From the human T2T-CHM13v2.0 reference genome, Homo sapiens: a DNA stretch of 64,000 nt. How positions within the stretch are numbered: the first letter of the stretch is position 1; every line of letters starts with the position of its first letter. Below the pieces are notes generated by a model. That model had not been told where the DNA came from, made no database searches, and worked only from the letters and a program-made list of their open reading frames with translations. The position numbers were made by a program, and so were the translations under genes. Positions 1 through 18,100 of this stretch are shown here, one piece after another. The DNA is taken from NCBI RefSeq assembly GCF_009914755.1, contig NC_060947.1, one strand, 5' to 3'.

Positions 1-1854
<1,854 letters not shown>

Positions 1855-2097
1855 TTTTTTTAATTTTTATTTTATTTATTTATTTATTTTTTATTATACT
1901 TTAAGTTTTAGGGTACATGTGCACAACATGCAGGTTTGTTACATATGTATACATGTGCCATGTTGGTGTGCTGCACCCATTAACTCGTCATTTAACATTA
2001 GGTATATCTCCTAATGCTATCCCTCCCCTCTCCCCCTACCCCACAACAGGCCCCGGTGTGTGATGTTCCCCTTCCTGTGTCCATGTGTTCTCATTGT

Positions 2098-5918
<3,821 letters not shown>

Positions 5919-5981
5919 TTTGATGTTAGCTGGTTATTTTGCTCGTTAGTTGATGCAGTTTCTTCCTAGCCTTGATGGTCT

Positions 5982-6998
5982 TTACAATTTGGCATGTTTT
6001 TGCAGTGGCTGGTACCAGTTGTTCCTTTCCATGTTTAGTGCTTCCTTCAGGAGCTCTTTTAGGGCAGGCCTGGTGGTGACAAAATCTCTCAGCATTTGCT
6101 TGTCTGTAAAGGATTTTATTTCTCCTTCACTTATGAAGCTTACTTTGGCTGGATATGAAATTATGGATTGAAAATTCTTTTCTTTAAGAATGTTGAATAT
6201 TGGCCCCCACTCTCTTCTGGCTTGTAGAGTTTCTGCTGAGAGATCAGCTGTTAGTCTGATGGGCTTCCCTTTGTGGGTAACCCGACCTTTCTCTCTGGCT
6301 GCCCTTAACATTTTTTCCTTCATTTCAACTTTGGTGAATGTGACAATTATGTGTCTTGGAGTTGCTCTTCTCGAGGAGTATCTCTGTGGTGTTCTCTGTA
6401 TTTCCTGAATTTGAATGTTGGCCTGCCTTGCTAGATTGGGAAAGTTCTCCTGGATAATATCCTGCAGAGTGTTTTCCAACTTGGTTCCATTCTCCCGGTC
6501 ACATTCAGGTACACCAATCAGACGTAGATTTGGTCTTTTCATATAGTCCCATATTTCTTGGAGGCTTTGTTCATTTCTTTTTATTCTTTTTTCTCTAAAC
6601 TTCTCTTCTCACTTCATTACATTCATTTGCTCTTCCATCACTGATACCCTTCCTTCCAGTTGATTGAATTGGCTACTGAGGCTTGTGCATTCGTCACGTA
6701 ATTCTCGTGCCTTGGTTTTCAGCTCCATGAGGTCCTTTAAGGAGTTCTCTGCATTGGTTATTCTAGTTAGCCATTCATCTAATTTTTTTTCAAGGTTTTC
6801 AACTTCTTTGCTATGGGTTCGAACTTCCTCCTTTAGCTCAGAGTAGTTTGATTTTCTCAAGCCTTCTTCTCTGAACTCATCAAAGTCAGTCTTCGTCCAG
6901 TTTTGTTCCGTTGCTGGTGAGGAGCTGTGTTCCTTTGAAGGAGGAGAGGTGCTCTGATTTTTAGAGTTTCCAGTTTTTCTGCTCTGTTTTTTCCCCAT
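5982..6998 (-). pseudogene. L1 ORF1p with a single in-frame nonsense codon
   Basis: Runs MGKKQSRKTGNSKNQ... to ...QPLQKHAKL*. The span is 1017 nt, both ORF pieces are in one frame, and there is one TGA at 6609-6611. Confidence 0.93.
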
Positions 6999-7126
6999 CT
7001 TTGTGGTTTTATCTACCTTTGGTCTTTGATGATGGTGACGTACAGATGGGGTTTTGGTGTGGATGTCCTTTCTGTTTGTTAATTTTCCTTCTAACAGTCA
7101 GGACCCTCAGCTGCAGGTCTGTTGGA

Positions 7127-7254
7127 GTTTGCTGGAGGTCCACTCCAGACCCTATTTGCCTGGGTATCAGCAGTGGAGGCTGCAGAACCGCGGATATTGG
7201 TGAGCAGCAAATGTTGCTGCCTGATTGTTCCTCTGGAAGTTTTGTCTCAGAGGA
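7127..7254 (-). promoter_or_regulatory. ~129-bp L1 5'UTR segment containing the ZNF93 target (lost in L1PA3-short, PA2 and HS)
   Basis: About 128 extra nt lie between GTCTGTTGGA and GTACCCGGCC, which are adjacent in L1HS. Confidence 0.75.
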
Positions 7255-7573
7255 GTACCCGGCCGTGTGAGTTGTCAGACTGCCCCTACTGGGGGGTGCC
7301 TCCCAGTTAGGCTACTCGGGTGTCAGGGACCCACTTGTGGAGGCAGTCTGTCTGTTCTCAGATCTCTAGCTGCGTGCTGGGAGAACCACTACTCTCTTCA
7401 AAGCTGTCAGACAGGAACATTTAAGTCTGCAGAGGATTCTGCTGCCTTTTGTATGGCTATGCCCTGCCCCCAGAGGTGGAGTCTACAGAGGCAGGCAGGC
7501 CTCCTTGAGCTGTGGTGGGTTACACCCAGTTAAAGCTTCCCGGCTGCTTTGTTTACCTACTCAAGCCTCGGCA

Positions 7574-7756
7574 ATGGCAGGCGCCCCTACCCCAGCCTTG
7601 CTGCCACCTTGCAGATTGATCTCAGACTGCTGTGCTAGCAATGAGCGAGGCTCCGTGGGCGTAGGACCCTCCAAGCCAGGTGAGGGATATAATCTCCTGG
7701 TGTGCCATTTGCTAAGACCATTGGAAAAGCGCAGTATTAGGGTGGGAGTGACCTGA
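7574..7756 (+). pseudogene. L1 antisense ORF0, truncated to 60 aa
   Basis: MAGAPTPALLPPCRLISDCCASNERGSVGVGPSKPGEGYNLLVCHLLRPLEKRSIRVGVT* matches primate ORF0. The stop falls at the position of an Arg codon. Confidence 0.8.
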
Positions 7757-8005
7757 TTTTCCAGGTGCCGTCTGTCACCCCTTTCTTTGACTAAGAAAGG
7801 GAATTTCCTGACCGCTTGGGCTTCCTGGGTGAGGCAATGCCTCGCCCTGCTTCGGCTGATGCTTGGTGTGCTGTACCCACTGTCCTGCACCCACTTTCTG
7901 ACACTCCCCAGTGAGATGAACCCGGTACCTCAGTTGGAAATTCAGAAATCACCTGTCTTCTGTGTCGCTCATGCTGGGAGCTATAGACTGAAGCTGTTCC
8001 TATTT

Positions 8006-8014
8006 GGCCATCTT
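8006..8014 (-). promoter_or_regulatory. YY1 site at the L1 5' end
   Basis: AAGATGGCC on the minus strand, about 10 nt from the element 5' end. Confidence 0.75.
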
Positions 8015-8024
8015 GGCTCTCCTC

Positions 8025-10750
8025 TACGGAATGCCCTTCTGTGTCTCTTTTGATCTTTGTTGGTTTAAAGTCTGTTTTATCAGAGACTAGGATTGCAACC
8101 CCTGCTTTTTTTTCCTTTCCATTTGCTTGGAAAATCTTCCTCCATCCCTTTATTTTGAACCTATGTGTTTCTTTGCACATGAGATTGGTCTCCTGAATAC
8201 AGCACACCAATGGCTTTTGATACCTATCCAATTTGCCAGTCTGTGCCTTTTAATTGGGGCATTTAGCCCGTTTAGATTTCAGGTTAATATTGTTATGTGT
8301 GAATTTGATCCTGTCATTATGATGCTAGCTGGTTATTTTGCCCATTAGTTGATGCAGTTTCTTCATAGTGTCAATGGTCTTTACATTTTGGGATGTTTTT
8401 GCAGTGGCTGGTACTGATTTTTCCTTTCCATATTTAGTGCTTCCTTCAGGAGCTCCTTCAGGAGCTCTTGTAAGGTTGGCCTGGTGGTGACAAAATCCTT
8501 CAGCATTTGGTTGTCTGTAAAGGATTTTATTTCTCCTTCACTTATGAAGCTTAGTTTGGCTGGATATGAATTTCTGGGTTGAAAATTCTTTTCTTTAAGA
8601 ATGTTGAATATTGGCCCAAACTCTCTTCAGGCTTGTAGAGTTTCTGCAGGGAGATCTGCTGTTAGTCTGATGGGCTTCCCTTTGTGGGTAACCCGACCTT
8701 TCTCTCTGGCTGCCCTTAACATTTTTTCCTTCATTTCAATCTTGGTGAATGTGACAATTATGTGTCTTGGGGTTGCTCTTCTTGAGGGGTATCTTTGTGG
8801 TGTTCTCTGCATTTTCCGAATTTGAATGTTGGCCTGTCTTGCTAGGTTGGGGAGGTTCTCTTGGATAATATCCTAAGCATCTTTTCCAACTTGGTTCCAT
8901 TCTCCCCATCACTTTCAGGTACACCAATCAAACATAAGTTTTGTCTGTTCACATAGTCCCATATTTCTTGGAGGCTTTGTTTGTTCCTCTTCATTCTTTT
9001 TTCTCTAATCTTGTCTTCACACTTTATTTCGTTAAGTTGATCTTCAATTTCTGATATCCTTTCTTCCACTTGATCAATTTGGTTATTGATACTTGTGTAA
9101 CCTTCACGAAGTTCTCGTGCTGTGTTTTTCAGCTCCATCAGGTCATTTATGTTCTTCTCTAAACTGGTTATTCTAGTTAGCAATTCCTCTACCCTTTTAT
9201 CAAGGTTCTTAGCTTCCTTGCATTGGGTTAGAACATGCTCCTTTAGCTTGGAAGAGTTTGTTATTACCCAACTTCTGAAGCCCACTTCTGTTAATTTGTC
9301 AAACTCATTCTCTGTCCAGTTTTTTTCCCTTGCTGGCAAGGAGTTATCCTCTGGAGGAGAAGAAGCTTTCTGGTTTTTGGCATTTTCAGCCTTTTTGCAC
9401 TGGTTTTTCCTCATCTTCGTGGATTTACCTTTGGTCTTTGCTGTTGGTGACCTTTGGACCAAGGTTTTGCTTGGTTGTCCTTTTTTTTTTCATGTTGATG
9501 CTATTGCTTTCTGTTTGTTAGTTTTTCTTCTAAGAGTCAGGCCCCTCTTCTGCAGGCTGCAGGTCTGCTGGAGTTTGCTGGGGGTCCACTCCAGACGCTG
9601 TTTGCCTGAGTATCACCAGCGGAGGCTGCAGAACAGTAAAGATTGCTGCCTGCTCCTTCCTCTGGAAGCTTTGTCCCAGACGGGCACCCGCCATATGCCA
9701 GGAGGAGCTTTCCTGTATGAGGTGTCTTTTGACCCCTGCTCGGAGGTGTCTCCCAGTCAGGAGGCTCGAGGGTCAGGGATGTACTTGAGGAGGCAGTCTG
9801 ACCCTTAGCAGAGCTCAGGTGCTGTGCTGGGAGATCTGCTGCTCTCTTCAGAGCTGGCAGGCAGGAACATTTAAGTCTCTAAAGCTGCGCCCATAGCCAC
9901 CCCTTCCCCAGGTGCTCTGTCCCAGGGAGATGGGAATTTTATCTACAAGTCCCTGACTGGGGCTGCTGCCTTTCTTTCAGAGATTTCAGGAGGAATCTAG
10001 ACAGGCAGTCGGACTACAGTGGCTTTGTGGTGCTGTGGCAGGCTCCACCCAGTCTGAACTTCCTGGTGGCTTTGTTTACACCATGAGGGGAAAACCACCT
10101 ACTCAAGCCTCAGTAATGGTGGATGCCCCTTCCACCACCAAGCTGGAGCCTCCCAGGTCGACTTCAGACTGCTGTGCTGGCAGGGAGAATTTCAAGCCAG
10201 TGGATCTTAGCTTGCTGGGCTCCGTGGGCAGAGCGGAATCTGCTGAGTAAGGCCACTTGGATCCCTGGCTTCAGCCCCCTTTCCAGGGAAGTGAATGGTT
10301 CTTTCTCGCTGGCATTCCAGGCGCCACTGGGGTACGAAGAAAACTCCTGCAGCTAGCTTGGTGTCTGCCCAAATAGCTGCCCAGTTTTGTGCTTGAAACC
10401 CAGGGCCCTTGTGGTGTAGGCAACCAAGAGAATCTCATGGTCTGTGGGTTGTGAAGACCGTGGGAAAAGCATAGTATATGGGCAGGATAGCACTGTTGCT
10501 CACTGCACAGTCCCTCCCGGCTTGCCTTGGCTAGGGGAGGGAGTTCCCCGACCCCTTGCACTTCCCAGGTGAGGCAACACTTCACCGTGCTTCTGCTTGC
10601 CCTCTGTGGGCTGCACCCACTGTCTAACCAGTCCCAATGAGATGAACAGGGTAGCTCAGTTGGAAATGGAGAAATCACCTGCCTTCTGCATTGGTCTTGC
10701 TGGGAGCTGCAGACTGGAGCTATTCCTATTTGGCCATCTTGCTCGAGAAT
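8025..10750 (-). mobile_element. Older L1 (L1PA7/8-like): start of ORF2, ORF1 and long 5'UTR
   Basis: ORF1 begins MRKNQCKKAENAKNQKASSPP (ATG at 9414) and is frameshifted. The ~1.3-kb 5'UTR ends ...CCTATTTGGCCATCTTG near 10740. Confidence 0.92.
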
Positions 10751-13331
10751 CCCTGGAGCAGGTTTTCTTGGATGAGAAAAGAAAATGCTTGGCGTGATAT
10801 TGCAGGGGTGAAGAGAAGAATCAGACTCTCAGTTAATCTTGCCTAGATCTGGCCAATGTTTGTGGTAATACATTTTTATTTCCTTCAATATGATATTATG
10901 GACTATGGGAGCTTTCTTGCTGGACTAGTCTCCAGTGAAAGTGGGACAGTTTGTTCCAAAGTCTCCATGGCATCTGGGCCCTAACCCATCATTTAATTTA
11001 GTTTAGCAAAACTCTAAGGGTGTGGTTACTAAAAAGCATTGAAAAAAACCTAAGTAAACATATCATAAACTTTTCTTGTGGAGAGTTCATTTATAAACTT
11101 TTATCTCATTTACATCTATTTTATTCATTTAACAATTATGTTTAGGCAGTTTTAGGAGACATTAGAAAAACCTAGTCATCATCACAAGTGAAATTTTCTA
11201 TTAGCCGTTTCTATATTAGTGTATGTTAGGCAAGTATCATGAAAGCAAGAACCTTAAAGTTAAGTACATGTATATTTTCTTGTTAGCTCAGAAGACATAG
11301 TTATTTTTGTTGAACCAACAATAACAATATAGTTTTATTTACCAAAAGATTTATTCAAGTCACATAAAGTTGAAAAAACATTTGGTCTTATTCATTTAAC
11401 TTATGAGTACTCATTCAAGTTATTGTGGTACCATGTGTAGATAATATGTAAAGATATGTATGACCATATACATATATGTAGACACAACATATAACATTCA
11501 CATGTGCACATGTATGTACCTAATAGCCAAAGAGATCAAGGAGTTTAGTGCAAAAGAGAGTAGAGCTTCAGACTTGAATCTGTCCACTTACAATTCTTGG
11601 GGTTCCATGAGGATAAACAAAGTTTCCTCCCCAAAAGAGAAGCCCATGTTGCCTTTTCTGTTTCCCTTAAGAGATCCCAGGCAGTTAGAATTGTTTTTAG
11701 GTTCCCTCCTATGGCATTGAAAGTGGCAAGGGGAAGGAGGGACACACAGAATAGATGGAGAGGCAGACAGAGGGAGCAAATATGGTTAGCAGAGGTTTAA
11801 GAAGACAGGAATTCAGTTGATTGATAAGTTTTACAGAGAGAAAATAGAGGCCTTAAACAATATGTATGTATAAATACATAGCCTAAATATCAGTTTTAAT
11901 TAAGTCAACTTTTGACTATGGAGCTCTTAAAAAATCTTTTAAAATCTCTTGTTAACAGATCTTAGCTGGAATTTCTGAGTTCTGATTTTTTTTTTTTTTG
12001 CAACAGGTGTACCCTCCCAAATGAAAGCAATAAGCCTTGACCAAGGTTGTGACTTAACCAAGGATTCACAAGACATCTCCAAACATGTAAGTGGGTACCT
12101 CCGAAATTAAGTCACACAAATAAATGAATAGGGACTGGTTCCCTGAGCAGAAATCACACCCAGGCCATGGCTATGAAAGTGTGAAATTGGAACTACCGGA
12201 CAACAGGTGGAGCAACATTCATTTTAATCCTGCGGGGAATCTAAAGCAGGCAATTTGAGCTGACAAAGATTTTAAATTAGGTTAGATTTTTGCTCTTAAT
12301 TATGTCAAGAGGATTTCTAGGGCTGGCCATGACACTATTGCATGTCTTTCTTTGAATTTGATCTTCCCATTAATTGTTTAGAATGAGAGATCTCAAAGGT
12401 CTTTTTTAAAAAAATGTAGGAATCTAATTTAAAAGATTCACCTTCTGGCCATTGAATTTCCAATGGCATACTTATTTCAATAGTGACTTAATCCAAAAGC
12501 CTCTTCATGGAAAGCCCAGGTTTAAAAAAAGATGTTTCCTGGAGACGGCACAAGAGAAGCAAACCCAAAGACTCCCACCCTGAAAAACTCTCCCAGTAAT
12601 AGGTTCAGATAGCAAAGGACTCTTGTTACTACAGATTGTTGAGAATGGTGTATGCCTTTGGCAACCCAGAATTTGTGAGGGAGGATGCCACTCACAGACC
12701 TTTTAATCTGTGAAACCTCATAGGCCTGCCTAGACTTGCACTTTCTCAGCACTAACCAGGCAACAAGCATTGAGATGGCAAAAGTGGTGTAGAAATGGAA
12801 CTTCTTAAGACAAACTCTCCTGAGAGCTTGACATATTTGGAACAAAACGTCTCAATTTTGCAGCCTTTTTGAGACTGGCTACCCAACGTGACTTGAAAAT
12901 CACACTGCCCAGATGGCAGATACCAAAAGAGAGTCCTTCCACTTGGTCACAAGTTAAGCTTTCAAGGACATCAAACAAGATGAGAGAGAACCTAAAATGA
13001 TACCCCTCTTTATGACAGAAGGACACACAAAGACAAAGACAAAGGAAAATACTCTTTCTGGGAGAAAAGGGATCAAACATTATGAATATTCAAACCACAA
13101 AGTACCAAAAAGTATATCAAAGTCATTGGACCAAGACTAGTCAAACAAATCCTTTCCTCCCATTAATCAAGATTTTGGAAAAGAAAAAGAAATAAACAAC
13201 AATATTGACTGTCTGCTTAACCAGATTCCACAGAGAGACAGAGGCCTGGAGCCTGACTGGTAAGAAATCCTTACCCTTTTGATAGCTCATCGGGACCTGG
13301 ATTCACTTGGCTGTGGGTTTCAGGAGAGCAG
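10751..13331 (-). mobile_element. ERV1 (MER4-group) non-coding internal sequence
   Basis: Directly follows a PBS and LTR on the minus strand. AT-rich, resembles MER4-group internal sequence, and has no retroviral ORFs. Confidence 0.6.
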
Positions 13332-13349
13332 AGCCTGCTCACAGCGTCA
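13332..13349 (-). promoter_or_regulatory. Retroviral primer-binding site complementary to tRNA-Ser(CGA)
   Basis: Plus strand AGCCTGCTCACAGCGTCA versus the tRNA-Ser(CGA) 3' end ATCCTGCTCACAGCGCCA (16/18). It lies 3 nt from the LTR terminus. Confidence 0.7.
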
Positions 13350-13352
13350 AGC

Positions 13353-13873
13353 TGTAGGAGCCAAGGGAAAGTGTCCCCTTTGCCCTCGGAAGGTTCGCTA
13401 AAAAATCAGCTCACAATGGCAGATTGATTGCAGCAAAGGCATAGAAACTTTATTGATGTGTACACGGGGGCATCACAGAGGTTACAGAAAAAACGTGGGT
13501 TTAGGGAATGGCCACAAACAGGTTATAGTGGTAAAACAGGTTATAGTGGCAAGACAGGTTATGGGAGAGAGAGAAAAGGAGGCCTGGATAGCAGGGGTGG
13601 TCTGGTTATGTAGAAGAACCCTCACAGTTAGCAGCCCTCAGAGAAAATAGATGGTAAGTGTTGCTTTCCAATCTTTAAGGTGTCAGAATCTTAGTTCCTC
13701 TTTCTTAGGACCCAAGGAGGGAAGGCTTGGCTTAGTTTATGCAAATTGCTTACACATGCAAATTTTCCCCACAAAAGTCAGGTTTGCAGGGCTACCTCTT
13801 CTTGCTGGCTCTGTTTATATAATCTCCAATTATGTCAAGGAAATATATTTTGGGCTTTTTTTTTCCTTCCTTA
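13353..13873 (-). mobile_element. ERV1 5' LTR (MER39/MER34-like)
   Basis: The minus strand ends ...CCTACA next to the PBS, contains AATAAA (TTTATT near 13450) and has CCCAAAATATATTTCCTTGACATA near its 5' end. Confidence 0.65.
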
Positions 13874-14273
13874 TGATATTCTAAATTATGGGAACTTTCC
13901 TGCTGAACTAGAGTTTCTGGGGAAGGTCCATGGGGCCAAGAATTTGCCATCCCACAGGGGGTGACAGAGCCGGCCATTTGGTTCATTGAGATGAGGCGCA
14001 ATTTTAGTGTTGGATGTGTACTTGCCCTAAGTCCTGTAACAAAGCTTTGACATAATAATCACACCTCCTCACTGCATTTCAATATCCATAAATATTAATA
14101 AGTCTTCTGAACGATTATCTGTTTCCTGTACTAATTGTTCACTGTATAAAAAAGCTGTTTTGAATATTTATATAGATTGTCAGGATGTGGACTGGGACTT
14201 TTTGTCAATTAACTATACTGACTGATTATGTAAACATCAGTGTGTGAACCTGAAATATCTTGCAACTTGTCTG

Positions 14274-14325
14274 TGTACATGCACATATACATATATATAT
14301 ACACACACATATATACATACATACA
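14274..14325. repeat. Mixed (TA)n/(CA)n/(CATA)n microsatellite
   Basis: CACATATACATATATATATACACACACATATATACATACATACA. Confidence 0.8.
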
Positions 14326-15149
14326 GATAAGAATATAGCAAGGCAATAAGCTATCCATTTAATTATTATGAAATTTTAATGATAAATTTTGTTTCAATTA
14401 GGCTTTCACTTAGCATTGAGATTTCATTTTTCTCCACTAATTATCCTAAATATGGACTCTGTATTTAGCTACTATTTTCTTGATTTAGAAATTGAGGGTT
14501 ATTCTCACAGATGATTTGCCAAATAACATTTTTTTTGTCTTTTGAAGAATGATGTTATGAAATTTGCATAATATGAAATTACATGACCTTTAAGGATTTA
14601 GCTGTACAAAATCTTAGAAAATGTGATAAGTGTGGGCTTTGGGTGAATGGGTTGAGAGAATGTGTATGCAATCCCCCAGACACCCTAGAGTCTGCTGTGT
14701 CCCCAAGAGAGCAGACTAGATGGCAGGCAACTGGGGTGGACCGGAAGGGAGAGGGCAGCAGGCAGGAGCACTCATTGTCTGGAGGCCATGGTCAGCACTG
14801 TGGTCCTTGTTCTAAGGCCAGTGGGAAACCATTGGCAAAGTTAAGTCAGGAGAGTGACATGACAAAATTTGTGTTTGTAAAGGAGTATTTAACCACTATC
14901 AGGTTGAAATCACCAGAGGTGGGTGGGTGGGTCTGTGCTGCTCCTGGTGGGCTACACTGAGGAGAAGCACAGCATCAGCCCGGGGTGTTCCTGTGGTGAA
15001 TGATGGGTCTGCATCTGCCCAGGAGAAGACAGTGGGAAGCTCCAGCTTGGAGTCACCTCTGCTCTTTAGATCTGCCAAAGCTGTGAAATGACTGGACAGT
15101 CCCAAGAACAGCTCGAGAAAAAGCTGGATCTGAATAAAAAGGGACATTT

Positions 15150-18100
15150 GTCTCTCGGTCCAGGCAGTGACTGAAGTGGATCTGAAGATTGGATTATGTA
15201 ACTGAGATAGGCCCCAAGAAGATTTTCATCTTACTGGGGAAAGGGCCTACAAGACAGCGAGAAAAATCTCTGCTAAATTGATTAAATCCATTCCAATGCT
15301 CCTTCCAGAAAAAAATTGACTGGAAGGCTATACAGTGATGCATTCAGAAAGAAAGTGAGTCTGTGTTGTGACTACTTTGACTGATTTTTAAAAACTTTCC
15401 AACAAGACTATGGTATCAAAGATCTAACTGATGATACCATAAATCATTTTAATTCACTTATCCTTTCAGGTCTCAATGAAGCCCTTAGTGCTTTAGCTAA
15501 ACAACATAATCCCTGCTAAGCTTCAAAGAGACCCATGAAAAGCTTCCCTGGTTGAATGCCTCTCAAAAACCATGCAAAAAGAAAAAGAGGCTAAAGCAGA
15601 AATGAGGAAAAAGACTGCTAAACTTGTGGCCTTATATATTCAACAACTCAAAGCCTCAAATCAGCAAGCCCCACAAAATAGACAGAAAGCAGTAGCCTTG
15701 TCTACTTTAAAGGGCATGATTTGCTTTGCCTGTAAGGGTCCTGGCTATATAAAATTATATTGGGAAAAGTACAAACAATGGCTTCAGAAGTACTCAAGTA
15801 AGGCAAGGAATCCCTCTTACTCGCGAGAACTTGTAAGAGAAGTTTTTGTTGGGTAAAACTGAGGACTTTCTGGGGGAAATTAGGGGGATTTTTTCCTTTC
15901 CTTTCAGTTAATTAAGTAGGAGAAGCTGGTCTTAAAATCAACAGCAAATTAATCTGAGCTCTAGTCGACACTGGAGCTCTGCTCTTGGTGCTTACCCTCA
16001 ACTCCTTTTCAGACCCCCCCTCCTTAGAGTAATCAAACAATTGAAATAGTGAGGGTTGCTAACCAAACTATGACCGTCTTTAAGTCTGAGCCAGTTTCTT
16101 ATCAATTAGGGCCCCTTGCCGGCCAACACAGTTTGTTGTTGTCCTCTCTGCCCCAATCCACCTGATAGTGAAAGATAATCTGAAAAACACCAAGCCCACA
16201 TTTCTTTCACCCACAAGGGAGATATCATCTTAGAAGTCTCCCCAACCAAGGTTTCAGCCTCTAGTGTCACTCGCATCTTCTCCCTGCTAGTTTCTAGCTA
16301 TGTAGTTGTCACTGAACACCCAGTTCTATAGCAACTGCCTGAAACCCTTTGGGTGAAAGCGGATACAGATGTTGGCCTGACCCATTCAGCATCACTTATT
16401 TCTATACAGATAGACACTAACAGCCCTCTTCCAATTTTAAAACAATGTCCCCTCAATTCTGAAGCTTGAGCTGATATAGAATCTATAGTCGGTTGTTTCA
16501 TTTCCCAGGGACTCATAGTCCTCTACACCAGTCCCTGTAATACATCCGTTCTGCCAGTCTGTAAGCCTAATGTGAATGAATGAAGATGCATCCAGGATCT
16601 TAGAGCTATCCACAACATTGTCTGTCCCTGACACCCTGTTGTACTTGATCCACAACCACTCTTACCCAAGATTCCTCCTGACACTCACTGTTTCTCCACT
16701 GTTGATCTCTGCAGCGCCTTCTTCAGTCCTCCTGTCAGCCCCAAAAGTCAGTTTCTTTTTGCCTTTGCTTGGAAAGGCTAACAATTTACATAGATGATGC
16801 TTTCCCAAGGATACACCAAAAGCCCTTCCCACCTTTCCAAGATTCTGCAGGCTGACCTAAAAGAAATAACCTTCCCAGATAATTTGACTCCATTACAATA
16901 TATTGATGTCTTGCTTTTATGCTCCCTCTCTCAAAAGGCTTGCCACACTGACACTCGCCTCTTACTTCACCAGCTAGCCCTTAAGGCACACAAGGCTCTA
17001 AGACAAATTATATTTTTGCTGGGACTCCATCAAGTTCCTTGGGCATCAGGAGTAAACATTGACTTCACCTGCTTTCAAGGCATATATTCTTTTCCCTTGC
17101 CCAATGCTAAAAGATAACTTAGGGGTTTCTGGGGACTTGTGGTCTGCCATAGAGCTTGGATCCCTAATTTCTCTTTGATGACACAACCTTGATATACTTC
17201 GCCTGAGGCTTCTCCCCAGACTCCTTCACTTGTACTACCAATGGCCAAAAGCCTTTAAGAATCTCAAGCATCAGCTGTCCTTGCCTCTCATGTTGGGACA
17301 CCTTAATTATGACCTTCCTGTTTCCCTTCTCATTCTTGAATGAGGGGGGCCTGTGACTAATACCTGGTCCAGCTGACAGGCAGAATAACATGCACTTACC
17401 CCAGCTTGCCTGTTAGCCAGAGATAAAACTGCAGACATTTGCACAGACAGCAGATACGCTGTTGGGGTTATCCATGACTTTGGAAACAGAAAATTTCTGA
17501 CCTCTTCTAGACAGCCTACCAAAAATAAGGATCATGTTTTGGCACTTCTTGATGCCATTCTGGCTCTTAGAGCCCTGTCTACTATTGAAATCCAAGGTCA
17601 CTCCTCTGAGAATATAGTAGAAAGATAGTAGGGGCAACCACCTGCTGATGCTACAGGCAAGACTGCAGCCCTAAATGGTACCACTTCTGTTATCCCTGTT
17701 TCCATTCAAACCCTACCCTTACCCATTGCTCCTTCCAAAAAACTTTTCTCCAGACTCTCTTGGTCTCAAAAGATGTCCGCAGATGGCAAAAAAGGAAAAA
17801 TGGGCAAAACAGGGTTATACTTACAAATCATAATCCCAGTTATGGAAAGGACTTAACTTTCATCCTGTCCTTCCAGAAAATTTACAAAATTTACAAAAAG
17901 CCACCCTTGCCTTTAAACATAACCTCACCCATTGGAGCCCTTACAAAATAATCCAGTGGGGAAAACAGTACAATTGGGGTCCTTTCCTGATGGTTGCTTC
18001 TCAAGTCTATAAATGATGCAGAATCTGTTATTTGTATAATGCTGGGAAGCCCCCAAAGGCTGCCTCCAGAGAATTCCCATTACCAAATGGCCCTTTTGCA

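Noticed and set aside
7791-8231. 146-aa minus ORF starting with endonuclease-like sequence
   Set aside because: Chance read-through from the host L1 ORF2 across the insertion junction into the young L1 5'UTR.
9122-9808. 228-aa plus-strand ORF
   Set aside because: Antisense shadow of L1 ORF1 and the 5'UTR.
13332-13349. tRNA-like sequence considered as a tRNA gene
   Set aside because: Only the 3' 18 nt match and there is no cloverleaf; the position next to an LTR indicates a PBS.
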